A stretch of 64,000 bases of DNA from the human T2T-CHM13v2.0 reference genome, Homo sapiens (GCF_009914755.1 NC_060933.1), one strand, 5' to 3'; positions 1 through 13,834 are shown, numbered from the stretch's first letter. Notes: generated from the sequence alone by a model not told the origin. A program made the numbers and translations.

Positions 1-157
1 CCTGCTATGGAATAATGCAGCAAGAAATCCATTGCCAAATACTGGCATCTCAATCTTGGACTTCAAAGACTCTAGAACTTGGAGCCAATAAATTTCTGTT
101 TATTATGAATTACCCAGTCTCAGGTATTCTGATACAGCAGCAACAGTGGACTAAGAA
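1..157 (+). mobile_element. MaLR LTR 3' end (MLT1A/MST-like), cut by window edge
   Basis: Typical MaLR LTR end: atcttggacttc...aataaatttctg...tacccagtctcaggtattctg...gactaaga. Confidence 0.8.
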
Positions 158-397
158 GCCAGTCATCCAAAAGAAAACTACTAATTAAGAAAGTTAATGG
201 GAAATAATAACTTTTTAAAGTGAGGTGTAGAGAACCTTTTGTAACACTAGGGATCTTGGTTTCTGGGTAGCTAAATACAATTAGATATCAATTTTCAATT
301 TCATTTTATAGAAATCCATATGACATAGCTCAGGATTAAAACACTGTCTTAGTTCATTTTGTTCTGCTATAACAGAATACCACAGACTTCGTAATTT

Positions 398-1044
<647 letters not shown>

Positions 1045-1487
1045 ACAGACTTCATAATTTAAAAAAAACTGAAATGTATTTAGCTCATGGTTGTGGAGGC
1101 TGGGAACTCCAGTATCAACAGGCTGACAACTAGTGAGGGCCTTCAGGCTGCATTATGCCATGGTAGAAGTGCAAAAGGGAGGATAGGCCAGCAAGCATGT
1201 GTAAAAAGAAGAGTGCCAGGGTCAGACTTGCTTTATAACAGCCCACTCTCTCCAAAACTAACCCACTCCTACAATAACAACACTCATCCATTCATGAGGG
1301 CGCCGCCCTCATGACCCAATCACCACCTGGTAGGCCCCACCACCCAACACTGCTGAATTGGGGATTAAGTTTCCAACACGTGAATTTTGGGGGATGCATT
1401 TAAACCACAGTACTATCATAACTGTATTTTCATTTTTCTATAAAGTTTACTATCTTCTACTGGTAAAGTAAAGCCTGGCCATTTTGA

Positions 1488-1818
<331 letters not shown>

Positions 1819-2029
1819 ACCAAATCATTTTTTAAATAACTCCATCAACAAAAGACAACATTGCTAACATGTTACATTTTCTCTGTACAGATAGGAAAAG
1901 GCAGCCCCAAAAAGAGAAATAATGCTGTAATACTATTATTCTCTGACCAAGCTTGCTTCCAGCTTACTCAGGGTTTTACTTATAAGCAAATAAAACTGAC
2001 ATCCCCAAAGGAGAAAGATTCCACTGGGG

Positions 2030-2200
2030 TTGGGCGAACATGGTTTGAATCTTTGTTTTGGCATGTCCTACCTATGTGACCCTGGCAAATGAGTTATTCC
2101 CAGCAGCCGAAGTTTCCTTGTCTATAACATGAGAATAATCAGACCTATTCCAGGCTATACATGAGGACTGAAGACCAAGTGCCTAGCACATTGCCCAATA
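2030..2200 (+). mobile_element. MIR
   Basis: Diverged MIR core (ggtttgaatc...tgtgaccctggcaa...agtttccttgtctataa). Confidence 0.65.
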
Positions 2201-3029
2201 AAGGAAAGTGGTCATTGTTGGCTCACAAGTAATTTTTTCAGGAATTCTCTGGCAGAAATTTTTTCAGGATTTCTAGCAGCTTTGCTGGCCACTGGCACCT
2301 CAGAGCTAACCATAGCCCTGCTGCCTGCGTTAAAAGCCCATTTACCTCAGTACAGCCCAGAAATAACCTCTAATATCTACAACTGGGGAGGTGCTTATTT
2401 TCCACTTATGAAACCTTATCATGAGCATTATCTCATTTCATATTTGGGCACCAGCCTGTATAAAATGGAAACCATCGGCTGAATTTGTTTAGAATCTGCC
2501 ATCTGGCTGCTTCCCCCTGGCTCCCTGAATGAACTCCTTCTGCTGGAATGTTCTCACCCATTCTCTTCCCACTCTCTGCCCCTCGTCACGCCCTCCTAGG
2601 TGTCTGCACTGAAGTTAGTACATTTTTCCACTGCCATGTGTGCCTTTCTATTCTGCAGGGTTGGTTTTGAATCTTTTTTTTTCCTAACCTTGAGAACAGG
2701 AACCATGGTGTTTTATTCTTCCCAATGCTTGGCAGAGCGGCACTTGGTAAATGTCAGTTAATGTTCCCTGAGAGAAGAAATAAATCAGGGTGGAATAAAT
2801 AGGTAGATAAATGGAATAGGTAAATTCATGAATTGTCCTCAATCCACTGGAGCCTGCACCTGTGCTATCACTGGGTGTTTCTTGTAGCCCAATACCTAAC
2901 CCATTTCAAAACTCATGTGTACTTTCATGTTTCTTCACTACTGGTTTGTTCTGAGGTTAACCTGGAAGGATAGTCAGCAATAAAATTAACCAAGACCTGG
3001 ATGGAGGAGACAGAGAGAGAAGAATCCTT

Positions 3030-3330
3030 TTCTTTTTGGTGGAGGTGGGGGTGAGACAGGATCTCACTCTGTTGCCCAGGCTGGCCTTCAGTGATGTGAT
3101 TATGGCTACTGTAGCCCTCACCTCCTGGGTTCAAGCAAGCTGCTCACCTCAGCCTCCTGAGTAACTGGGACCACAGGTGTGCACCACACCTGGCTATTTT
3201 TTAAATTTTTTGTAGAGACTGGGTCTTACTATGTTTCCAGGGCTGGTCTCAAACTCCTGGAATCAAGCAATCCTCCCACCTCGGCCCCCCAAAAGCGTTA
3301 AGATTACAGGCAGGAACCACTGCATCCATC
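3030..3330 (-). mobile_element. AluJ
   Basis: Diverged dimer; TSD agagaa(g)(a/g)at(c/t)ctt at 3016-3029 and 3331-3344. Confidence 0.92.
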
Positions 3331-3989
3331 AGAGAAGGATTCTTCACATGCTTTCTAGTGAAAAATTAGGAAGCCAGCAAAATTCCATGGGCACCTTCAC
3401 ACTGTGCTTCATGTGAATAGCAGTCCTGAATCACCATGCACTACATGTTTACATGAATGATGCTTTTTGTAGTAGCCAGCACTAGTAGCTAGCACTAACT
3501 TTACCCTATAGTATGTGTTCCTTTTGGAAGACTTGCAATGTTCCTTGGTGCCACTGGGACAAAGCCCATCCTGAACACTTCCATTGTTGCAGGAAGTAAA
3601 CCTGCTTCCCCTCTCCCTTGTGCCCTCCTGGATATCCCACCCGCCCCACCCCCCCCCCATTAAGGCTCTAACACAATGAAGGCTTTAAGTGAACATCATG
3701 TCTGGCTGGGCAGATGCAATCTCCTCTCTTCCTCAGAAGTTTGGATGGTTTCCTTTCTTGCTCTGCACCTCTGAGCTGGCCCACGTATCTGGAATAATTA
3801 GCTCTTGACAAGAGAGACCCAATGCTTCTTCCTCCTGCCAATCTGACTTCTATTGTAGTCAGCCCTGAGGGCCCCCATCCCAAGCAACACAAAGCATTGC
3901 ATGAGTCCAGAGATGCTCAGGTGTAACAAAGGCAGTTAGGAGCAAGGACACTAAAGGAACAACACCTCTGTTGAAATGTCAGTTCTGAC

Positions 3990-4510
3990 ACAACCTCTCT
4001 GCACCTCAGTTTCCACACCTATAAGGTTAGCATAAGTATCTACTTCACAGTTCCCTTGAGAGGAAGATTACATGAGTTCCTGCTTGTAAAGTACTTGGAA
4101 CAAAGTAATCCCCTTTTCTCAGATAACTCAGTTCATCTCATCCACAGTGGGCAGGGCCACCAAAAAGCCAAAGGTCAGGACAGCTGCCCCTGCTTCATGT
4201 GTTGCAGCTGAATTTGCCCTTCTCCAAAGATTCTCCTTAAGAAAACATCAAGTCAAGAACTTCTGAAACAAATCTTTTCTTGGTGGAATGGTAGCATGAC
4301 AAGAGGTGGAGGTGAAGTATCAAACACAATTGGCATTCAATTCTGTGTCCATCACTTACTAACTATGGAAATTTGGACAAAAGACAATCTCAGTTTTGGG
4401 TTCCTCCTCTGGAAGATGAGAGCAATCAATCATATCTAAATTATATAGTGTCCTTGTGATATTTGAGATCATATGAAAAATAACCTGTGGTAAAATATAG
4501 GTGCTTAATA
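3990..4510 (+). mobile_element. Two MIR fragments (~3990-4105 and ~4330-4510)
   Basis: aacctctctgcacctcagtttcc...gtaaagtactt and a second MIR-like core. Confidence 0.6.
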
Positions 4511-5103
4511 TTTGTTTCTCTTTTTCCTGACGCTAAACTTTTTGTTTTATAGAAAACAGAGGCCTAAAGGAGTTAGGCAAGTTACTTAATCCCTGTAAAA
4601 AACAACATGCCTGTAAAACATAGAAGGTGGTATTAATGCCTTCCAGAGGTCTATCAGTTCTAAAATGTGTAATCTCTGAGTTCAAGACGGCTCAGGAGTC
4701 ACTGTTGGACTGTTGGAGAATCCTAAGCCACTCCGGCAATGAGCACAGAGGCCTATCTAGGATTCACCCGTGCTCCCAGCCCTGGTACATCTGGGTCTAT
4801 TAGCATGGGTCTTTCACCACCTGAGGATACATCCAGGCCAGCTGGAGAAGCAGCCTCCTGCTAAATGGCTCTGCTCTTGCAGCGGGCTACAGCGGGAGAT
4901 CCATATCAATGGCTGCCTGCCTGCACTTCTGGAGCCTTCCTCATCATGTGAGGATTAGAAAGGACGGACATCTATGGCTTCTGTCAGAGCAGCCGGCAGT
5001 GGGTGAACAGACACAGTCTACTGTGTGGATTCCTGGTAAAGGCAGGGTATCCATGGGCCTGGGTTGACTGTCATAAAAGGGAGCTGAAGAATAGTCGCCG
5101 AGT

Positions 5104-6189
5104 TGTTGCGGGAAGTCAGGGACCCCAAACGGAGGGACCAGCTGAAACCATGGCGGAAGAACATAAATTGTGAAGATTTCATGGACATTTATTAGATCCC
5201 CAAATTAATACTTTTATAATTTCTTACGCCTGTCTTTACTGTAATCTCTGAACATAAATTGTGAAGATTTCATGGACACTTATCACTTCCCCAATCAATA
5301 CCCTTGTGATTTCCTAGGCCTGTCTTTACTTTAATCTCTTAATCCTGTCGTTTTCATAAGCTGAGGAGGATGTATGTTACCTCAGGACCCTGTGATGATT
5401 GCGTTAACTGCACAAATTGTTTGTAGAGCATGTGTGTTTGAACAATATGAAATCTGGGCACCTTCAAAAAAGAACAGGGTAACAGCAATGTTCAGGGAAC
5501 AAGAGAGATAACCTTAAACTCTGGCCGCCGGTGAGCCAGGTGGAACAGAGCCATATTTCTCTTCTTTCAACAGCAAATGGGAGAAATATCGCTGAATTCT
5601 TTTTCTCAGCAAGGAACATTCCTTAGAAAGAGAATGAGTCCCTGAGGGTGGGCCTCTAAAATGGCCCCCTTGGGTGCGGCCATCTTTTATGGTCGATCTG
5701 TAGGGATGAAAGAAGCCTCAGTCTCCCATAGCACTCCCAGGCTTATTAGGACCAGGAAATTCCCACCTAATAAATTTTTGGTCAGACCAGTTGTCTGCTC
5801 TCAAACCCTGTCTCCTGGTAAGATGTTATCAATGACAATGCGTGCCCGAAACTTCATTAGCAATTTTAATTTCGCCCTGGTCCTGTGGTCCTGTGATCTC
5901 GCCCTGCCTCCATTTGCCTTGTGATATTCTATTACCTTGTAAAGCATGTGATCTCTGTGACCCACACCCTATTCATACACTCCCTCCCCTTTGAAAATCA
6001 CTAATAAAAACTTGCTGGTTTTGTGGGTTGTGGGGCATCACGGAACCTACTGACATGTGATGTCTCCCCCGGACACCCAGCTTTAAAATTTCTCTCTTTT
6101 GTACTCTGTCCCTTTATTTCTCTAAACGGCTGATGCTTAGTGAAAATAGAAAAGAACCTACATGACTGTCGGGGGCAGGTTCCCCAATA
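5104..6189 (+). mobile_element. MER11 (MER11B/C-like) solo LTR of HERV-K11/HML-8
   Basis: Starts tgttgcgggaagtcagggacccc, ends ggggcaggttccccaata; aataaa at ~6003; 6-bp TSD ccgagt/cccagt. Confidence 0.93.
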
Positions 6190-6580
6190 CCCAGTCTCTG
6201 GGTGTTCCCTATAGCTCAAGACCTAACTCATTCTCCAGATAACTGCTCTTCTCATAGTTATAGTTCTTAGACCACGAAAAGCCCTTCGATAACTGCTTTT
6301 CAAGTTTCCACAAAGACCTCAGTAATTTTTTTTTTTGGCACATCTGCTAAGCACCTAATAAATGTTTCTTTCCAGGAAAATTCAGGGACACACAAAATTA
6401 TAAACAATGGCATCCCAAAACTTGCTGAAATATCAGACCTACATTTCACAACTTTATTTTTCTGAAAATTAGTCTAGGTTCTACATAAGCAAGTTTGAAA
6501 ATCTCTGTATCCTTGGAGATTCACGGTGCACTTTATCAAAGTGGAGACACTGAGCAGTACTGTAATTAAAAGGAATTGAT

Positions 6581-6856
6581 GCCAGGTGCAGTGGCTCATG
6601 CCTATAATTCCAATACTTTGGGAGGCTGAGGCAGGAGGATCACTTGAGGCCAGAAGTTTGAGACCCACCTGGTCAACAGAATGAGACCCCATCTCCACAA
6701 AACTAAATTAAAATAATCAGCTAGGCATAGTGGAACACATCTGTAGTCCTAGCTACTTGGGTAGCTGAGGCAGGAACATCACTTGAGCCCAGGTGTTTGA
6801 GGCCAGTCTAGATGACAGAGCAAGACCATCTCTTAAGAAATGAAAAAAAAAAAAAA
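6581..6856 (+). mobile_element. AluJ with a right-arm deletion
   Basis: Dimer with A-linker and poly-A; right arm lacks the ctgcagtgag...cact segment. Confidence 0.9.
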
Positions 6857-7170
6857 GCTGGTTTGGTTTAACTGACAAAACAAAAATTATCATAAAACAG
6901 AATACTTTTGAAACAAATTTCTGTGAAGATACAAGTGTTCTTCAGACCCAATTTGGAAAATGCCAACCTATAATATTTTAAGTGGAGATTAAATTAAATG
7001 GCTTCTTTAATCACAAAGATATTTACATCATATAGCAAATCTAGTTTTCACAATAACCATCACCATCCCCACCCTCTAACCCCCACACCAACTCAAATTT
7101 GTCCAGGTCTCCTGGTAAGTTTGGAATAAGAATATGGCAATTGCTTACCCGGATCCCCCTGAAAACTCAC

Positions 7171-7299
7171 CTTCAGGTCAGTGAGTTCAGAATGCTGGCG
7201 TCTCCTAGTGCTTGTCTGGCCAGGACCCCCGAGTGCCGCCACCACCCCACAGCTACACTGTCCTGTCAGGCTCTTTGGTGGTAGGAGAAGAATAACACT
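7171..7299 (-). other. Candidate exon (129 nt; alternative donor extends to 7149)
   Basis: Minus strand: cccctttttCAG|...gaag|GTGAGT; second donor cgg|GTAAGC 22 nt further. Confidence 0.3.
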
Positions 7300-8083
7300 C
7301 TGAAAAAGGGGTTCCAGCCTTTAACACAGCCTAGAATAGGCGCTCAGGGAAGACTCTAAGGAGAGGCATTGGATGCCTCACCTTTTCATGGGCTCTGATA
7401 ACACTTTTTGAGTGCACATTCCCCAAGCCCAGCACTGTGTCTGCCACATAGTAGGTGATCAATAAATGAATAAATTGTACTTGGCGTATTGCAGGACTAC
7501 ATTCCATTTAGAGAATGTTTGCCTCTCATTTATGAAGTTGCCAAGAGGAAACACAATTTTTTTTAATTTCATGTGTCAAGTATCTATAAAGGGCCTGGTT
7601 CATGGACCTAAGAAGAGTGGGTGAATGAGTCAATCGTGTAAGGAGTGAATGACTTTGAGCTTTCTCATTGGCCCTTCCTACTGGGTGCCAGGAAGTGAGA
7701 ATAGGGCCCTCAACCCTCTCTCAATTACCTTTAACCTCCCCATCCCACTGGGTTGCCTGGCCCCTACTTTTCTTCCTCCACCGTGATGTTTCATGCACTT
7801 CCTGCCCCACAGCCACGTTATCTGCTATTTAGCTCCTTTGCCTTAAGGAGGGAATGGGAAATGAGTAGCCTGAGGTGCAAGTGAACTACCTTAGCCACAT
7901 TGGCTTGAGAAGATTAACACTGATGTGGGAAGCATGGCTTAGGATTCACTCCCTCTCACGCTCAGGTGTGAGTTGTTGACAGTACATTGAAAACTGACAA
8001 TAGGGAGGAGCAGAGGAGAGGGCGCTCCCTCACAGCCAATAGCCCCATGGTCTTCTTCCTCTACATCAGGCCTTATGCCCCAC

Positions 8084-8500
8084 TGCTATGGTTTGAATGT
8101 CTCCTCCGAAAGTCATGTTGAAACCTAACTCCCAACATGGCAGTATTGGGAGATGGGGCCTTTAAGAGGTGATTGAGTCATGTGGGCTCTGTCCTTGTGA
8201 ATGGACTAATTTACTTATGGATTAATGAATTAATGGGTTAATGGATTAATGGGTTATCATGGGAGTGGCACTGAAGGGTTTATAAGAAGAGGAAGAGAGA
8301 TCTGAGCTAGCACACTCAGCTCCCTCACCATGTGCTGCTTTGCACCTCCTCAAAACTCTCAGAGTCTCCACCAGCAAGAAGGCCCTCATCAGATGCAGCC
8401 CCTCAGTCTTGGACTTTTCAGCCTCCATAACTGTGACAAATAAATTATATAGCCCAGTTTTAGGTATTCTGTTATAAGCAACAGAAAACAGACTAAGACA
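8084..8500 (+). mobile_element. MST-family solo LTR (MSTB/C-like)
   Basis: tgctatggtttgaatgt ... gactaagaca termini; MST body. Confidence 0.9.
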
Positions 8501-9636
8501 TCTACTTCTTCAGGCTTGCCTCTCATGTAAAGGATTCAGGCATCCTTCCAGGGCCTATTTGAATATACTCAGTTCACATATCTTCCCATTTGTCCCAGAC
8601 TCATTGCAGGCAGTCTCTGGCCCAAAATAAATGGTATGTGTGTGGAGGAACTACGAAAGAGAACTCTTAAGGGAGTACCATTCTGGGACATTCAGTTTTC
8701 CACATTCAGGGATATCATCTTCAACAGCCAGCTAACAAGAGTTGAACCCACTATGGACCCCTTTTGCAGCTAAGGATTTTTGTTATTGTTGCTAAGAATT
8801 ATTTTTAGGTACAATTTAGCAGTTAAGGATGCAATATTTCCTGCTTTGACAATTTAAAAGTGACCTCAATGGATTTCAGGGGGTGGGGAGTTACTTGTTT
8901 TTTGCCTGAAGCACGAATTTTTATGCCCCACCTAAGTTGGTGTGCAGGAGGGGGTCTTAGCCGTGAAGGAGTCTAGACACTCAAAACCTCAAGTTTTGTG
9001 GCTCTCCCTTAATATAAATGCATATGAATCTTTCCAGTACTCTGGAGGGCAGGTGTTTTTATCCCTGTTGTATAGGTAAGAAAAGGAGACGCATCCATGA
9101 TGTTGGAAACTGGGGATATGGCTATCTCAGGAATATCCCTACTATACCATGGGTTTGAATCCAAATCCCCAGTGCCTCATTCCTCAGCTCTTCTCCTCCT
9201 CCCACCCATGACTCTCCTGAACTTCCTTTCATTTCTCTGTTCTCAGCAAGTAAAAGCTTCAAAGGCAGGTGGGGTACAGTAAGAAGGGGCACGAGTGAAA
9301 GGAGGAGTGTTCTGGGTGTCTCTCTTCATTCCCAGCAGCTCCGTTTCATCTGCTTTTCATGTACCCCTGATAGCAGATGTCCTTTAATATCCAGATAAGA
9401 GCAAACCAAACCCCTATTCTACAACCAAGGAGAAGTACAACCTGCTCCCCCGACCCTCACCAAGATTTTTTTTCAATTCCTTAGAGGCTTACCTTCTGGT
9501 AGTCATCTCTATCTCATACTTTGTTTTTACTACATCTGTCAATCTGAGTCATATGGCTTCTTTGTTCCTTTTGTTTTTTATCTTCTTCTTGGCATTGACC
9601 CAAACAAAGGACTTGACCGCTTTCTTGTTGATACCT

Positions 9637-10077
9637 GGTCTTAGTCTGTTTTGTGTTGCTATAACAGAATACCTGAGCCTGAGTAATTTGTGAGAAAAGA
9701 GGTTTATTTAGCTCACAGTTCTGCAGGCTAGGAAGTCCAGGGGTATGGCCCTGCCTTCTGGCAAGATTTTTCATGCTGCATCATAACATGGTGGAGAATT
9801 TCAAAGGGGAAGCCGACGTGTGAAGAGGGAAGACTGGAGGGGCATCTTGGCTTTATAATGACCTACTCTAGCAGGAAATAATCCATTCCTGCAAAAAATA
9901 ATCCAGTCTTGTCAGAGAGCGAGCTCATTCACAACCACCAGAAGGGCACCAACCTATTCATAAGGGATCCAACCCCATGACCCAAACAGCTTCCACTAGG
10001 CTTCACTTTCCCAACACTGCCACACTGGGGAATCAAATTTCAGCATGCATTTTGGTGGGAATAAACAAACCATAGCA
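9637..10077 (-). mobile_element. MST/MLT1A-family solo LTR
   Basis: gtcttagtctgttttgtgttgctataacagaatacc ... aaaccatagca. Confidence 0.88.
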
Positions 10078-10439
10078 CTGCCCTTCCATATCTCACACAT
10101 AAAGGAGATGTCTAGGCTATATTTTTTACTGTAGAATTGGGAATAATGGTAAGGAGTTTCCTGTGTACCTCACAGGACGTAATTTAAGAGAATTAGTCAT
10201 AACTATTCATGACAAGCCTTGTTACTCAGCCTCTCCATCCTTCTTCCTCCCTTCTCTTTGCAACCCATCCCCACCATCAAATTCAAGTTTATTACTTACA
10301 AAAAGCCTTTAGCGGTTTCTTGGTTGCCTTCTCCCTGAAGGTGATTTAGCAAGGTATTTCCCTAAAATAAAGTGCTTTCCCTAAGGAGCTCTGGTCTCTG
10401 CTAGAGAGGTAAAGATCTTTCCCAGCCCAAAGGCATACC

Positions 10440-10560
10440 TACTCATTCATTCATTCAACAAATATTTATTGAGTGCCTGCTATGTGACAGACTCTGGGGA
10501 TATAACAGTTAACAATGGGACAAAAACCCGTGTCATCATGGAGTTCACATTCTAGTGGAA
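10440..10560 (-). mobile_element. L2 3' end
   Basis: cattcattcattcaacaaatatttattgagtgcctgctatgtg. Confidence 0.8.
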
Positions 10561-11687
10561 CTTTGCATAAATTTATTTTAAAAACAAAAATGTTTTTATA
10601 CAATAAAAATTTGAAAGCTGATGTCTTAGAATATTTTTCAGAAAGCATTTAGAATTCTACTATTCCTGCCTAGTCTTCTTAAATAAATGGGGAACAGAGG
10701 GAAGAACTTGCCTTTGTTCTTTGGAATCCAGTTTCCTTTTTTATCTCCCTCCTTTTTAAAAGGACCATTTTCTTCTCTGTTCCCCAGGTTGTGCTAGCCT
10801 CCTGTCTCTTGCTTAATCCTCCCTGAAATACACAAAGCAGCACCATCCTCTTCACTCTATCTTACTCTCGCTTTAAGGTTATTGTCTCCAAGGAGTCCTT
10901 CCCATAAAGGGCTCCCATAGAGCCCTTTCTCCACTCACCCACCTCAGCACCCTCTCCTCTCCCATCTAAATTAATTCTCTTGCCCTATTTCGAAGATGTT
11001 GTCTGTGCTGGCTGGATGTGCTGCTTTGTAGATCATTAAACTGTCCCCCATATAATTTACAGGTCCCTTCAATGATGCATGTCTGACTGTAGATGTCACC
11101 AACAGATGTCTGGGGAGTTACATCCTACCCAGAATATGCTCTCCTGCAGTTTCAAGAGTGAGACTGTGTGTCTTTATTCATCCTCTGCTGCTGGGCTAGT
11201 GGGTTTTGCCAGATATATGCTGCTGCTGCTTTCTTTTATGGAATTTCCTTTTTTATTTTTTCTGCTTATACTCAACAGATCATCTCTGAGAAATCACTTT
11301 ACAAATGACTGAGATTATCAGCACACAGAAGGCTCTCTCACTCACAGCACTGCTAGGTGCAATAGACAAATGATATCAGACGTGTTTCTGCAACTAATTT
11401 TATTCCTGAAGCATCTTAGGAAAGAAAAGCTCAAGCAAGAGACTGACACAGATGTTGAATTTTTTTTTAAAGCATCTACAAGCAACACACACTATCCAAA
11501 TATTTTGTTATTTTATTTTACTTGGACTCCGTTTTGTTATTAAAGAAAGGTTTGAATGAGTTTGCAAAATGCATATAATATATAAAGAGGAGCAAAAAAG
11601 GATAAAGAAATTCAACTAAAAAATAAAGAAAATTAGATTATCCATTTGTAAGGATATTGCAAAAATTTGTACTTAATCAGATTTGGT

Positions 11688-11707
11688 GCTATGCCACCTA
11701 ATGGCCA
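11688..11707 (-). promoter_or_regulatory. Possible CTCF motif
   Basis: Minus strand TGGCCATTAGGTGGCATAGC; one mismatch to core CCASYAGRKGGCR. Confidence 0.3.
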
Positions 11708-12508
11708 AAGCAAAGAGGAAAACATGATCAGCCTGAGATGCTGCCCATCTGGAGGGGGAAAGTTAAACTATTAGATCGCATTCACTTTTTCACAAGAACT
11801 TGGGGCTACTTCTCACATTTTGTGGTTTAGGGTCAGGAAGGATAATTATCCTGCAATGCTTCAGTCCTAAATAATTGTCCTGCCTGAAATGCCAATTATA
11901 CACCTTTGAGAATGGCTGACTTGCATAATTCGTAGAGCCTAAAAGTTAAAAACTCAAGAATAAACCAGTAATTTGGGAGAAGCACCAGCACTAAAATTAG
12001 AAAATGAAGTCCTTTTTGAGACCGCCTAAAAGGGACTCAGTAGTATAGCAAACATCAAGATGCTCTAACAGATGTCAGAGGGAGATTTCTGTGATCATTC
12101 CTACCATCATCCAGAGAGAACTGCTGTTTTAGAGTCTCATAGTTCGACCCGTCCCTTAATGTGGCAGTTCATCCTGACAAGTATGTTTAGCTCAGTCTCC
12201 CTAATTTTTTATTCCAACTCCACAAATGTAAGCTGAGTACTAGGTAGTGTTCTAGACTCTACCCTGACACCCTGAAGGTTGGAAGATTAAACAAGACCCT
12301 ATGCTTCTCTGAATGAGATGATTTTGTAATAAGGTCATCGTCTCCTCTAAAGCAAGTTGGAAAACTGAGAAACTAAAACTCCATATTCTGTAGTATAACT
12401 CTCATATAAACATACAAACCAGTCTTCAAGGTAAACCAATTGACTGATCAGGCAACTCAAAATAACAAAAAGAAGAAAAGCATAGCAGCCTAAAATTAAT
12501 GGCATCTC

Positions 12509-12915
12509 TTGTTCCAGTCAAGGTTCCTTTGGTTGCCAGCTCTACAAATCTACTCTGGCTCCCTACAGCAAAAAAGAGGTTTATTAGGAGATTATCAGAG
12601 GCCCACTGAGAATGCATGGGAAGCTGAAGCCAATAGGAACAGCACTAGGGGATTCCCCAAGGAGCCCAGTGGTGATATCCTTAGGTGTTGCAAGTAAAGG
12701 TTAAGATCCCTCAGTGTGTTCTTTACTGGATCCTGATCCCAGGCTAGGATCCATTTGGCCAAGCCAAGCCTAGGTCACATGCCCACATCCTGGCTGCCAG
12801 GGTCTGGGAAGAAGAGGATCTACCGTCAGTGACTTCCACAGTGTGAGGCAGACGATGTGTCTAACCAATACCACACCCAACAGAGGATGTGGACAGCCCA
12901 AAACCATGATGCTTG
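12509..12915 (-). mobile_element. Old MaLR LTR (MLT1K-like)
   Basis: ggttcctttggttgccagc... and taggtcacatgcccacatcctggctgccaggg motifs. Confidence 0.6.
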
Positions 12916-12919
12916 TCCC

Positions 12920-13804
12920 TGATGGAGCACAGGACACACTGCCCCCAAAATATGGCTTCCTGGAAATTGAGAAGACAGCGTAAGCAGAAAGGTCACCCTC
13001 AGACACTCCCCCACCTTTTTGTGTGAAAGCTAGCCATAAAAGAATTTTCTGACCTGCTTCCCCTGAAAGTAAGTTATAAAACCCTCATGCAACAGATATC
13101 CTGCCTTATTCCCAGAGAAAAGAAACAAAGACACAGAGATGCCAAGAAGAATCTTAACAAACAGCATCCAAAGTGATATGATTTGCCTCCATGTCCCCAC
13201 CCAAATCTCATCTTGTAGCTCCCATTATTCCTACTTTTATGGGAGGAACCCTGTGGGAGATGATTGAATCATGGAGGCGAGTCTTTCCCATGCTGTTCTC
13301 ATGATAGTGAATGGGTCTCATGAGATCTGGTGGTGTTAAAAACGAGAGTTTCTCTTCACAAGCTCTCTCTTTGCCTGCTGCCATCCACATAAGACGTGAC
13401 TTGCTCCTCCTTGCCTTCCACCATGATTGTGAGGCCTCCCCAGCCACATGGAACTGTAAGTCCAATTAAAACCTCTTTCTTTTGTAAATTGCCCAGTCTC
13501 AGGTATGTCTTTATTAGCAGTGTGAAAATGGACTAATACACCAAGTTTCCCCAGTTCAATATTAAACTTTACCCCCATCTGTTCAATCATATTTCTACAC
13601 AACTATCCATTCTCCATCAAACCTAAGCATAAAAAGGACAGTTTTACCCATTTCTTTGGGTCTTCATTTCTGAAGGTTCTCATGTTAGATACAATTTAAA
13701 TAAATCTGTTAGGCTTTTCTCTTGTTAATCTTTCTTTTGTAATATGGGTATCAGTCATGAGCCTTGTGATGGATGAGAGAAAGATATGACTTTTTCTCCC
13801 CTCA
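12920..13804 (+). mobile_element. MER39-like ERV1 solo LTR, split by THE1B
   Basis: tgatgg...aggacacactgcccccaaaatatgg start, ...ctcccctca end; perfect 4-bp TSD tccc. Confidence 0.8.
13174..13540 (+). mobile_element. THE1 solo LTR (THE1B-like)
   Basis: tgatatgatttg...ccaaatctcatcttg ... gactaataca; TSD caaag/ccaag. Confidence 0.93.
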
Positions 13805-13834
13805 TCCCCAATACCTACTGATGTATGTCTCCAC

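Noticed and set aside
1292-1314. Hairpin tcatgagggc-gcc-gccctcatga
   Set aside because: Palindrome already present in MST/MLT1A consensus.
2231-2279. Short tandem duplication aattttttcagga...gcag x2
   Set aside because: Ordinary decayed micro-duplication.
3636-3658. C-run (G4 potential on minus strand)
   Set aside because: Isolated low-complexity tract with no promoter context.
5160-5335. ~90-bp tandem duplication
   Set aside because: Part of the MER11 consensus as I recall it.
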